From: an uncultured delta proteobacterium
Lineage (GTDB): Bacteria; Desulfobacterota; Binatia; UBA9968
Assembly (NCBI GenBank): GCA_963727625.1
Contig: CAVSHR010000005.1
Span: 928,001-992,000 of the forward strand
Length of the DNA stretch: 64,000 nucleotides
Reading direction: 5' to 3'
How positions within the stretch are numbered: position 1 is the first letter of the stretch; each line of letters starts with the position of its first letter. Shown here one piece after another: positions 20,561 through 30,000 of this stretch. The notes under the pieces were generated by a model. That model searched no databases. It had not been told where the DNA came from and worked only from the letters and a program-made list of their open reading frames with translations. Position numbers and translations under genes: made by a program.

Positions 20561-20923
20561 TCAGGGCAAGACCACCAATTGACCGGCAACGTGGGGCGGA
20601 TGGAGCTGGCATTTGATCGGGAAAATTCCCGCCTTATTGGCTTTGAAAGTCACCGTCGCGGTTTTCTTCGGACCAACCACCTCTTTGACTTTCACGGCGT
20701 CGATCTCGTAACCATGCTCCGCGTCGAGTTTATTGACGAGGGTCAGCGTCACCGTGTCGCCCCGTTTGGCGGTTATCGACTCCGGCGTCCAAATTTTTAC
20801 ACCCTGCCCCGTTTCGACGTTGACGATGGTCATCTTGATTTCACCGGCCTGGGAGTCGGTCGAAGTTACCAAACTCATGCCGCCAAGCAAAATCGCCAAA
20901 ACAATAATCTTGATTAATTTCAT
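20561..20923 (-). CDS. Secreted cupredoxin, nitrosocyanin-like
   Basis: Signal peptide; HGYEID...VTFKANKAGIFPIKCQLHPPH. Confidence 0.8.
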   Translation of the reverse strand: MKLIKIIVLAILLGGMSLVTSTDSQAGEIKMTIVNVETGQGVKIWTPESITAKRGDTVTLTLVNKLDAEHGYEIDAVKVKEVVGPKKTATVTFKANKAGIFPIKCQLHPPHVAGQLVVLP

Positions 20924-21154
20924 TCCTGCTATTCCTCCATGACTAAACGTAATCGATGTTTAACGGTTATTTCTCGAGGAGGCAAATGACCTCGAAGGGC
21001 GCCGGTTTAACTCACGGCGTCCTTCGCGCGACATTCGGCTCGAACCGGACAACCGGAGCCATCGTGCGCTAGGACTATACCCTGTGCCCGGTGTAGCGCG
21101 CTCTTAACGCGATCTCAGCTAAAGTGCCGCCCGAAGCGCGGAGGTTTATCGGAA

Positions 21155-22522
21155 TCATGCCGGGCGCCGCAACATACTGCCGATCGACGAGACGTCGTCA
21201 ACCTTTTCCAGATCATTCACCGTCTCGACCAAACGCTCCAGTTGCCGCTGGGATAGTATCCCGCGGGTGAGTTTGCGCGCCTTGTCCTCCACATCTAGCC
21301 GGCTCATCGGATTGCGCGGGGTGCCTTTGAAATGGATGACCAATTTGGCTAGCCGCCGCTTGCCGGCCAGCTCGACGGTCACGCGCGCGGCCCGGTCCCA
21401 ACCCTTTTCTTCAATCTCCTGATCTACTTTAAGCCGCACCTTACGCATCATCGTGAGAATTTTCTTGTCCCTGAGTCTCGCTTCACTGAACGACTCCGGA
21501 TCCGTCGGATCATGGTAGAGACTGAGCGCAATGCAAAACGGAATACTGTACTGCGCCATCATCAAATCCTTGGGTCGATAGATGGCGTGATGGGTCACCA
21601 GTTTTTCGATGCCGGCGACGACGACCTGACGAACTTCCACCGGCTCAAATCCAACTTCGGCGCGCAACTCTTGCAGAGCCTCGATCGGCGCGTGCGCGTT
21701 GATATGGCAGGCGCAGCGTTTGATGCCGATGTTCATGGTCTCGAACTCGCGGCCCAGACGGTGGGTGAGATAGGAAAGCTTGGGCGAATCGGAAAAGGTC
21801 CGGCAAAATCCGAATTTGCCTTCGAGGATGCTCTCCGGTCCCGCGAAGCCTCGGCTCGCGAGCAGCGCGGCGGTAACTCCGCCTTCGCCGGCCTTGCCGA
21901 GATGCAGCCGCTTGATCATCGCGCCCTCCTGGCAGCGGGAGAATTCGATAAGGCCGCCGGAGTAGGAACCGGCGATGCCGAGAGCGTTGACCATCTTGCG
22001 CTGATTCAAACCGAGCAGCCGGCCGGCGGCGATCGCCGCGCCGAAAGTACCGGTCAATCCCGGCGCGTGAAACCCCCTTCGCTCCAGTGAATTTCCGGCC
22101 GCGACGCCGATGCGCGACATGACTTCGCACGCGGCGACGAAGGCGGCCAGCAAGGCTTTGCCATCGGCATTCTTTTCTTCCGCCATGGCGAAGGCGGGAA
22201 GAAAGGCGGTGGCTCCGGGATGAACCCCCGCGCCGGGCTGGCGCACGTTGTCGAGCTCGAAAGCGTGGGCCATGACGCCGTTCGCCAGAGTTGCTTGGGC
22301 CGGCGCCGCCAAAAAGTTTTCACCCAAGACCGTGGCGCCGCCGCGCCCACCCGAGTCGCGAATGAAAGCGCTGACCGTGCGGCTCCACGGCTTGGTCGAG
22401 CCATAGAGCACGACTGCCAGGGTATCGAGAATGCAAGCCTTGGAGCGTGCGATGACCTCCTTGGGGATTTGTCTGTAACTCAAATCGACGGCGAAGCGAG
22501 CGAGGCGTTGCGTGGGGTTCAT
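21155..22522 (-). CDS. MmgE/PrpD family protein
   Basis: ANGVMAHAFELD, HPG, GFH, EGKFGF, AQYSIPF, KGTPRNPMS. Confidence 0.9.
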   Translation of the reverse strand: MNPTQRLARFAVDLSYRQIPKEVIARSKACILDTLAVVLYGSTKPWSRTVSAFIRDSGGRGGATVLGENFLAAPAQATLANGVMAHAFELDNVRQPGAGVHPGATAFLPAFAMAEEKNADGKALLAAFVAACEVMSRIGVAAGNSLERRGFHAPGLTGTFGAAIAAGRLLGLNQRKMVNALGIAGSYSGGLIEFSRCQEGAMIKRLHLGKAGEGGVTAALLASRGFAGPESILEGKFGFCRTFSDSPKLSYLTHRLGREFETMNIGIKRCACHINAHAPIEALQELRAEVGFEPVEVRQVVVAGIEKLVTHHAIYRPKDLMMAQYSIPFCIALSLYHDPTDPESFSEARLRDKKILTMMRKVRLKVDQEIEEKGWDRAARVTVELAGKRRLAKLVIHFKGTPRNPMSRLDVEDKARKLTRGILSQRQLERLVETVNDLEKVDDVSSIGSMLRRPA

Positions 22523-22694
22523 AAGAAAACTATTGATGTTTGCAGATTATAGTGACTAGCTTTTGGCCGAATTCATAAGGGAAAAAGCATTGCGATCCGT
22601 CACAATATTTTACAAACCTCAATAGATCAGGATTTGCGTTGAAGCGCTTCCTTGGAATTAAAGTGCGGCGGCATGGTGAATCTCAGTTGTAACG

Positions 22695-22770
22695 ATTGGA
22701 GTGCGGGAGTGGTGGAGTATTGGAGTGATGCTCCGGAACCCAACACTCCAATAATCCAATACTCCATCAC
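22695..22770. repeat. 8-bp-periodic inverted repeat array (TGGAGTAT / ATACTCCA)
   Basis: ttggagtgcgggagtggtggagtattggagtgatg ... caacactccaataatccaatactccatcac; the two arms are roughly reverse complements. Confidence 0.7.
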
Positions 22771-23159
22771 AGCAATTCATTCGGTTTCTTGTACCGCGCC
22801 TTGGGGACGATCTCGGCCACCGTTCCGCCAGGCGCGCGAAACTTGATGGGAATCACACCGGGGTCGCTGATGATCTCGCAGCCGAAGCGTTGCAGTTCGG
22901 CTGCCGACTTCGTCATGTCGTCGACCTCGATGGCAAAGTGATGGATGCACGGCCCCATACCCGAGGCACGCGATTCGGCCGATTCCTCGCTGTTGTATTT
23001 GATCAAAGCCAGGTCGATGGCGCCGTCAGTCAGGTGGCGCGAGGTATGGTCCCGCACCTGGCCGGTCTCGACCTCGACGAATCCGAAACCTTTATGGTAA
23101 AACTCCGTCGCCTTTTCCAGATCGTCGACCTTGAGCGCGATATGAACGATACGCGACAT
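22767..23159 (-). CDS. VOC/glyoxalase family protein (copy 1)
   Basis: IVHIALKVDDL, IHHFAIEVDD, APGGTVAEI. Confidence 0.85.
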   Translation of the reverse strand: MSRIVHIALKVDDLEKATEFYHKGFGFVEVETGQVRDHTSRHLTDGAIDLALIKYNSEESAESRASGMGPCIHHFAIEVDDMTKSAAELQRFGCEIISDPGVIPIKFRAPGGTVAEIVPKARYKKPNELL

Positions 23160-25719
23160 AATCCCTCCCCATCGGCAGCTTAGCTCTAACATAGTCGCGA
23201 GAAATGATTCAACTCGGCCGCGCTGGAGCTATCCGCCGCTAATCCAACTTGGCCAATCTATCGGCCGCGGCCGCAAGCGTCTCGTCCTTCTTGCAGACCG
23301 CGAAGCGCGCGAAATGCTTGCCGAGCTGTTTGTCCGATTCCTGATAGAATGGGCTGGCGGGAATACAGGCGACGCCGACTTGGCTGATCAGCCATCGGGC
23401 GAATCGAAAATCGTCTTGAACATGCGCCGGCGCGGCACCGCGCAAGTCGATCATAATGAAATAACTGCCGCTCGGTTTGAAAACCTTGAAACCGGCGTTT
23501 CGTAAAATATTCACCATGCGGTCGCGTCTAGCTTGGTAATCGCTCTGCAATTGCTCAAAAAATGAAAATGGCAGCTTCAGCGCCGTAGCGGCGGCGGCCT
23601 GCAGCGGCGAAGCTACCGCATAGGTAATAAACTGATGCGCCTGATTGGCTGCGTTCACCAGCGCCGCGGGTCCGCCAGCCCAACCGATTTTCCAGCCGGT
23701 GACGCTGAAGGTCTTGCCCAGGGAACTGATCGTCAGCGTGCGATCCGCCATACCGGGCAGCGTAGCCAGGCGCGTGTGGCTCGCATCGTCGTATAGTATA
23801 TGTTCGTAGACCTCCTCGGTCACTGCGATGACATCGTGCTTCGCGCAAAGCTCGGCGATGATTGGTAGTTCCTCACGGGAAAAAACTTTGCCGGTGGGAT
23901 TGTGCGGCGTGTTGATGAGAATTACGCGGGTGCGACGATTGAAAGCGCGCGCCAGCTCGTCGGGGTCGAACGTCCACTGATCGCCGCGCAACGGCACATA
24001 GCGCGGGACAACGCCGGCCATGAGCAAATTCGGCACGTAGGTGTCGTAGACCGGCTCGAAGACGATCGCTTCATCGCCCGGACCGGCGAGCCCAAGAACC
24101 GCCGCGAAAACCGCTTCGGTCGCGCCGGCGGTCACCAGCACCTCGGCCGGCAGAGCCATGCCTAAATTCTAGGCTGGACATTTACACGCTCTTTCAATAT
24201 CAAAGGCTGGAGGGAGACAAAATCATGGCTCAATCGACTGATTTCAACGTTGTCGAAGCGACCATCGACGACATCCACAGCGCTTACAAATCGGGCCGGC
24301 TCACTTGCCGGAAAGTAGTGCAAATGTATCTCGATCGCATCGAGGCCTTCGACAAAAAGGGGCCGGCGATCACTGCGATCATCACCGTCAACCCCGAGGC
24401 GCTCCAAGATGCCGATCGTCTCGATGCCGCAGACAAATCGTCCGGACCGGTCGGACCGCTGCACGGCATCCCGGTGATCGTCAAGGATCAGGCCGATGTC
24501 AAAGGCATGCCGACCACGCTGGGTTCGCTGCTGTTTAAAGATTATTTCCCCGACCGCGACTGCTTTGTGGCGGAAAAATTGCGCAAAGCCGGCGCGATCC
24601 TTTTGGGCAAGGCGACCCTCGGCGAGCTAGGCGGCGGCGACACCCATGGTTCGCTGTTCGGTTCGACGCGCAATCCCTACGACACTGCGCGCACGGTCGG
24701 CGGGTCGTCCGGCGGCTCCGCGGCGTCGGTATCGGCGAATTTCTCGACCGTTGCCGTCGGCCAGGAAGGTTTGGCGTCGATCCGCCGTCCATCGACGTGG
24801 AACTGCATCACCGGCATGCGTCCCTCCGCCGGTCTTGTCAGCCGCAGCGGCGTCTATGGCTGCTGGCCGGAAATTTTCGGCTCTTTGGGCCCGATGGCGC
24901 GCACCGTCAAAGATCTATCCACGTTGCTCGATGCCATGGTTGGCTACGACCCGGAAGACCCGATCACCGCGCGCGGCGTCGGCCAAGTTCCGGATAGTTT
25001 CACAAAATTCTTGGACAAAGACGGCCTCAAAGGCGCACGCATCGGGATCCTGCGCGAGGCCATCGGTCTTAATTCCGAACCCGATTCGGAAGACTTCAAA
25101 AAAATTACCGAAGTGTTTGGCCGAGCCGTCGAGGAGCTAAAAAGCGCCGGCGCCGAAATCGTCGATCCGATCGTGATTCCGAAGATCAAAGAGCTGCTCG
25201 CCAAGCGCTCAGGCGGGCCGGGGGATACCGGGCAGTCCTTCAAGAATTATTTCGGACGCAGCGCCAATCCGCCGTTCAAAACACCGCAGGAAGTCGTCGC
25301 CGCGCCCGACTTCGCCAAAGTGGTCAAACATTCCCAGGATCGCTTCAAGAGAAATCCCGATGCGGCAAAGCACTACGAGAGCCTGCGCGCGCAGGATGAG
25401 CTGATGACCAATTTCTTAAAGGTGATGGCCGATCACAGGCTCGACGCCATCGTGCACAAAGCCGTGGAGCACCAGCCGACGCTCATCAGAGACGGCATCG
25501 CTCCGCCCTTCGTCGATCAAAAGGGCGCACCGCACTTAAACACCTTTCTGGTCTACACGCCGACCATCGTCGTGCCGGCCGGTTTCACCCGCGACAATTT
25601 ACCGGCGGGAGTTTGCTTCATCGGCCGTCCCTATGACGACGGCCAATTGATCAAGTTTGCGTACGCCTACGAACAGGCCACGCATCATCGCCGGCCGCCT
25701 GCGAGCACGACGGCGCTGT
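22789..25719 (+). repeat. Direct repeat copy 1 (~2.93 kb; VOC, aminotransferase fragment, amidase)
   Basis: Aligns with 43493-48268 once the IS1182 element and its target duplication are removed. Confidence 0.95.
23239..24159 (-). pseudogene. N-terminally truncated class I/II aminotransferase (copy 1)
   Basis: Begins at EVLVTAGATEA, normally an internal motif; NTPHNPTG and SLGKTFSVTGWKIG present; the conserved DEVY reads EEVY. Confidence 0.7.
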
Positions 25720-25721
25720 AA
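24225..25721 (+). CDS. Amidase signature family protein (copy 1)
   Basis: GPLHGIPVIVKD, GGSSGGSAA, ASIRRPS. Confidence 0.9.
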   Translation: MAQSTDFNVVEATIDDIHSAYKSGRLTCRKVVQMYLDRIEAFDKKGPAITAIITVNPEALQDADRLDAADKSSGPVGPLHGIPVIVKDQADVKGMPTTLGSLLFKDYFPDRDCFVAEKLRKAGAILLGKATLGELGGGDTHGSLFGSTRNPYDTARTVGGSSGGSAASVSANFSTVAVGQEGLASIRRPSTWNCITGMRPSAGLVSRSGVYGCWPEIFGSLGPMARTVKDLSTLLDAMVGYDPEDPITARGVGQVPDSFTKFLDKDGLKGARIGILREAIGLNSEPDSEDFKKITEVFGRAVEELKSAGAEIVDPIVIPKIKELLAKRSGGPGDTGQSFKNYFGRSANPPFKTPQEVVAAPDFAKVVKHSQDRFKRNPDAAKHYESLRAQDELMTNFLKVMADHRLDAIVHKAVEHQPTLIRDGIAPPFVDQKGAPHLNTFLVYTPTIVVPAGFTRDNLPAGVCFIGRPYDDGQLIKFAYAYEQATHHRRPPASTTAL

Positions 25722-25918
25722 ATTCAGCGACAAGCGGCAACATTAGTTGATCGACTTCGGCCTATCGAATCTCACGTGACAGTAACAAAACCGGGAACGT
25801 AGTTAGAACGGGCGTGAGCTAAGACTTACCCAACGAACGAGGGCCAAGCAGCTGGGAAGTGAACTGACGGCGCTCACAAGATCGGAAAGGAAAGTGAGAG
25901 GCCTAGAATTTTGCTAAA

Positions 25919-27319
25919 CTAGAGCGACCGCAGAAAGTTTAGCAAGTCCTGCTTGTCATTCTCGCCGAGCGCAGCGAAGTTGTCGATGACTGCGTTGGCT
26001 TCCGACCCGTTGCGCCCGTTGCCGCTGCGGTGCAGACGGATCGCTTCGAGCAAGTCGGTGGTTCGCCCATCGTGAAGAAAGAAAATGCGTTGGCCCAGGC
26101 CCCAGAGCGGCGCGGTGCGAAAATCTCTCGGTCCCGCCTGTCCTTGGCTAACACCGTCTTCCAGTCCAGGCCCCATATCGTGGAGCAAGAGGTCGGAATA
26201 GAGATCGACGGGCTTGTTCCGCAGCGCCGCCACCGTCGCGTTGCCGGTATAGAGCTTGGGCGTGTGGCAGGCCGCGCAGCCGATTTGACCGAACAGGACC
26301 CGCCCCCGGGCGATGGAGTCGCTTCCACCCGGCGCGCTCGCCGACGGTTTCGGCGGGGCCAGGAAGCGCATGAAGAAGGCGAACTTCTCGATGCCGCCCA
26401 TCATATCTTCGTGTGTCATAGCGTCGGTATTGGTGCTGTCGTTGGGGGTCGTCGCAAACTGGCAGTCCGGCGCCTCGTCCCGCTCGCTCGGAAACATCTC
26501 GTTGCTGATGCCCATCTCGACGTTGTAGGCTTCGGCGGCAAAGAGCATCAAGGATTTGTTCTGCGCCTTCCAACCGAAACGGGCGACGGTTCCGTCGTTT
26601 GTACTGGTGTTGGCGATGCCCGATACCGGCTTACCTTGGATTCCGCCGAAGCGAACGAAACCGGCCCGGCCGCGGATGCCTAGCACCGTCTTTTTTTCCT
26701 GATCGGCTGCCTTATTGGCGAGGATCGCGCTGTCGGGAATCTGCTCGATGAGCCCGGCACCGAATAGCGGGGTGGGAATCCGCAAGGCAATATTGTTCTT
26801 TGCCAGCTCCAAGTTGAAATCGGGCTGAGTCGACGCGCATCCCGGAGCGTCCGATCGACCGGCGATGGTGAACAGCGCCTGGACTCCACCGTCGGGGTTC
26901 CCATCCGGATATTTGATCAGTCGGGCTTCCCGCACCGGTCCGTTAAGTGTAATGAACGGAGGAATGGCATTGGCAGCGCCGTTCTTTTTGGCGAAGGCCA
27001 CCTGCGGATTGACAAACGGGCTCGCTCCCCCTGGGGCAGGGTAGGAGTGGCAGCCGGCGCAGCTATCGAGATTCATCCTCGGCCCGAGCCCGTCGGTAAC
27101 TCCTTCTTCGCTTTCGAACTCTTCCTTCCCCGCATTGAAAAAAGCGACCTGGGTTAAAGACAACCCATTGATCGGTTCCCCGGCGCTTGGCGCGCCTGAA
27201 CGAACCCCAGGATCTCTGGCTTTGATGGCGCTGGCGGCGGAAGAGTGAAGGGATGAGGAAAGCAGGTAAATGCAGAGAAAGACAACGATTGCGAGCGGGC
27301 CAAGCAAGCTTCGTTTCAT
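25919..27319 (-). CDS. Di-heme oxidoreductase (DHOR/thiol oxidoreductase-like) family protein
   Basis: Signal peptide; DGLGP..SCAGCH, PLFGAGLIE, RFGWKA, GCAACHTP, YSDLLLHDMG, FRTAPLWG, FLHDGR. Confidence 0.85.
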   Translation of the reverse strand: MKRSLLGPLAIVVFLCIYLLSSSLHSSAASAIKARDPGVRSGAPSAGEPINGLSLTQVAFFNAGKEEFESEEGVTDGLGPRMNLDSCAGCHSYPAPGGASPFVNPQVAFAKKNGAANAIPPFITLNGPVREARLIKYPDGNPDGGVQALFTIAGRSDAPGCASTQPDFNLELAKNNIALRIPTPLFGAGLIEQIPDSAILANKAADQEKKTVLGIRGRAGFVRFGGIQGKPVSGIANTSTNDGTVARFGWKAQNKSLMLFAAEAYNVEMGISNEMFPSERDEAPDCQFATTPNDSTNTDAMTHEDMMGGIEKFAFFMRFLAPPKPSASAPGGSDSIARGRVLFGQIGCAACHTPKLYTGNATVAALRNKPVDLYSDLLLHDMGPGLEDGVSQGQAGPRDFRTAPLWGLGQRIFFLHDGRTTDLLEAIRLHRSGNGRNGSEANAVIDNFAALGENDKQDLLNFLRSL

Positions 27320-27326
27320 ATAATAC

Positions 27327-28148
27327 TCAGTGTTCTAATCGCTTGAGGCGCCGGCTCGCTGTCGCATAATGTATTCCCAGGTGAGACGCGATCTCATGGA
27401 GCCGATAGCCGTGCTCTTTATAGGCCTCGACGATGCCTTTATTGTTCTTTCGGTTCAGGACCTTCTCCAGCTTGGGCCGGGCCGCTCTCACTTGCGCGCG
27501 AGGAATTTCTTTGAGCTTTTGTGTCCTCGGCGAGTGTCTCTCGATGAACGCCTCGCTTCCGAGATAAATCTGCCCCTTTAGCTTGTCCCAAGGACGGTTC
27601 TCCGATCCTTCCCGTACGAATTCCCGATACCGTTTCTGGGCCACCCGCCGGTTCTTTCCAAACTGCCCAAGCGTCCAATCGGTAGTCAAAAAATCCAGCG
27701 CCGATGCTAAACCGGCGGTAGACCGGTAACTGCTCCATTTCCAACTGCCCATAGCCGCTTTGCCTTTGACTCTGATGGGGTTGAGCACGATGTAGCGGCA
27801 AAGCTCCAAGAGATAGGATTCCTTTTCCACTAGGATCACTTTAAAACGTCCTTGGAATAAATGGCCGACCCGCTTGTGCAAGCGATTGAACGACTGGGTG
27901 TAAACTCCGTTGAGCTGGCGCATCCCGAGACTTAAGTTTGCCTTGGGCGTTTCCACCAGGAGATGATAGTGATTCGCCATCAAACAGTAGGCGTGACAGA
28001 TCCAGCCGTAACGGGAAACAACTCCGGCCAAAGTATCCAAGAATAGCTCGCGGTCGGCATCCGTAAAAAAGATCTTTTGCCGGGCGTTGCCTCGGCCGGT
28101 CAGATGGTAAATCGCGCCGGGAAACTCCAGCCGAAGGGGACGGGCCAT
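27327..28148 (-). mobile_element. REP-associated tyrosine (HUH) transposase, second paralog
   Basis: MARPLRLEFPGAIYHLTGRGN, NHYH, RYIVLNP, WKWSSY, C-terminal HTH. Confidence 0.9.
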
Positions 28149-28181
28149 GACCGACTTAAATCAAAGCTGCTGTCGTATTGC

Positions 28182-28319
28182 GATTCTGCTGAAAAAGTCC
28201 GATTCCAAAAATTAGAAAAAATATTTCGCTCACGGTTGCTCTATAACGCACGATCGGATCTTGGTTAATGATTTTCTTCATCCCGAATTTTCGTGAATGG
28301 GGGGTTTTTCAGCAGAATC
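28182..28319. mobile_element. 138-bp MITE with the same terminal inverted repeats as the IS1182-family element
   Basis: TIR GATTCTGCTGAAAAA / TTTTTCAGCAGAATC; flanking direct repeat GTATTGC at 28175-28181 and 28320-28326. Confidence 0.85.
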
Positions 28320-28367
28320 GTATTGCAAGACCTGAACATCCCGCTGGAAATTTCAAGCAGGGTCCGA

Positions 28368-29681
28368 TTACGCGCTCTGTTGGTAAAATTTGTTATTTTT
28401 TCCTTTGACTGAAATTTTTGGCTTCCGTATTTGCGTTTTAATCAACGATCCCGGACTGACCTTGCTCTTGGTATTACCCTTTTCGGGGCGCATCTCATAC
28501 TCGCGCTCCTCGGTGAGCAGCTTGTAAATGATTCGACAGAGGTGGCGTCCCAGAGCTCGAATCGCCTGGTTGTGTTTTTTTCCCTCGCTTCGTTTCTTCT
28601 CGTAGTACCTCTGTGACTGTGGCACATACCTTCGATGACGATCGAGCGCTACCATCATCGCCGCTTTAGCTCGCGTGTTGACGTGCTTGGGTGGCCTGGA
28701 TCCTTGATACTTCCCCGAACTGTTGTCCAGAGTGGACATCCCTAGATACAGCGCCAAACTTCCTTCCTTTGAGAAGCGCTCGACGGTGCCGATCTCTCCG
28801 GCTAGCTCAGCAGTGCAGATCGTTCCGAATCCTGGAATGGACAATAAAATCTTAGCCATCTTGGAATCCTTGGCGACTTCTTTAATCTTAGCCCTCAACG
28901 CTTTGATCTTCTCGTCAAGTTCAAGACACCGTTGCGCGTCTTCCTGGATCATTTCGCTGACCCAATCAACCTCTTCGCTGAAATAGGCTCGCTTCTGCCA
29001 GTCCTCGGCGAGCCTCGCATACTTTCTACCCACAGCGGGGATCTTCAGTAAGGTCGACGGTCGCAGCCGAGCGAGTTGGGGAAGGGTTGGCGCACTGAGC
29101 AGAAAGTTCAAAAACCACTGGTTGCCGGCGTTCTTGGTGATTTCCAACAGTCCGGGGCAAACCGCTTGCAGATCGGTTTGCAGATTACTGATCACACGGA
29201 CCCGTTCGTCGACTAGCCTGCGTCGGCGCCGGGTGAGCCGCTTGAGAACCTCGTTTGCCTGGGGCGTTCCCTTGACTGCCTGCAACACTTCCTTGGCCAA
29301 CGGCAGATGATCGCTTAGCTGAAACAGCTCCAATCCCTTGCGCGCATCGATCCGATCGCTCTTGGCCGCTCCAGGAAAGATCTCCTTAAATCGCGCCAAC
29401 TTTAAATTGTTGATGTTATACAGCCGGTAGCCGCGCCGACGAACCATCGCATCCAACGGCCGGGCGCAACCATTGTACCCCTCCATCGCTACCGCGACTT
29501 CGCAGTCTCTGACCTTTTGATGTTTCTCTATGCGAGAAAAAAACTCCGCAAACCCTTCGGACCGGTGCGCTATCTCAAATTCTTCCAACACCTCCCCGCT
29601 CGGTAGCCCGATCGCCACGCTGTGGCACCGATACCCTACATCCACACTGACCCGAAGCTCTACTGATCTTTTGTCTGACAC
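28368..29681 (-). CDS. IS110 family DEDD recombinase
   Basis: SVDVG, AMEG, KSDRIDA, IPGFG, LYLG..NSSG, YYEKKRSEGK; GGAGG RBS. Confidence 0.9.
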   Translation of the reverse strand: MSDKRSVELRVSVDVGYRCHSVAIGLPSGEVLEEFEIAHRSEGFAEFFSRIEKHQKVRDCEVAVAMEGYNGCARPLDAMVRRRGYRLYNINNLKLARFKEIFPGAAKSDRIDARKGLELFQLSDHLPLAKEVLQAVKGTPQANEVLKRLTRRRRRLVDERVRVISNLQTDLQAVCPGLLEITKNAGNQWFLNFLLSAPTLPQLARLRPSTLLKIPAVGRKYARLAEDWQKRAYFSEEVDWVSEMIQEDAQRCLELDEKIKALRAKIKEVAKDSKMAKILLSIPGFGTICTAELAGEIGTVERFSKEGSLALYLGMSTLDNSSGKYQGSRPPKHVNTRAKAAMMVALDRHRRYVPQSQRYYEKKRSEGKKHNQAIRALGRHLCRIIYKLLTEEREYEMRPEKGNTKSKVSPGSLIKTQIRKPKISVKGKNNKFYQQSA

Positions 29682-29699
29682 GTAGCCCTCCTTCTGCAG

Positions 29700-29915
29700 A
29701 TCAAGATCGATTCATCATCCTTCGGTCTCGTCTACTTACAGAGCCACGTATTCGGTGAGAATATGGCACCATCCCGGTCGACCCCTCAGATGATGCAGGT
29801 GACGAGGGCGGCATTTCAAGCCGTTGCGAACCTGAATGAACAGGCCACTGACCCCAAGAGCCACACCCTCGTCAAAATCTCTTTACAGGATTCTTTTAAA
29901 TCCTGCTACCTGCTA
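29700..29915 (-). ncRNA. Candidate IS110 bridge RNA
   Basis: Non-coding left end with a 5' hairpin (29886-29905), a stem-enclosed loop containing TTGGGGTCAG (the target) and a second loop containing CGGGATG and GTAGA (donor ends); RNA boundaries approximate. Confidence 0.75.
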
Positions 29916-30000
29916 AATTCCTATGGTAGACCCCAACATCTGACCCCAAATAACCAAAGCCTGACACCGGGTCCCCCATTGTTTGCGCAAAAACTCTGCG

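Larger units (their letters stand above)
28336..29930 (-). mobile_element. IS110-family element inserted in CAAGACCTGA|CCCC
   Basis: Removing 28336-29930 restores CAAGACCTGACCCC; the GA (TC on minus) core is present at both junctions. Confidence 0.85.
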
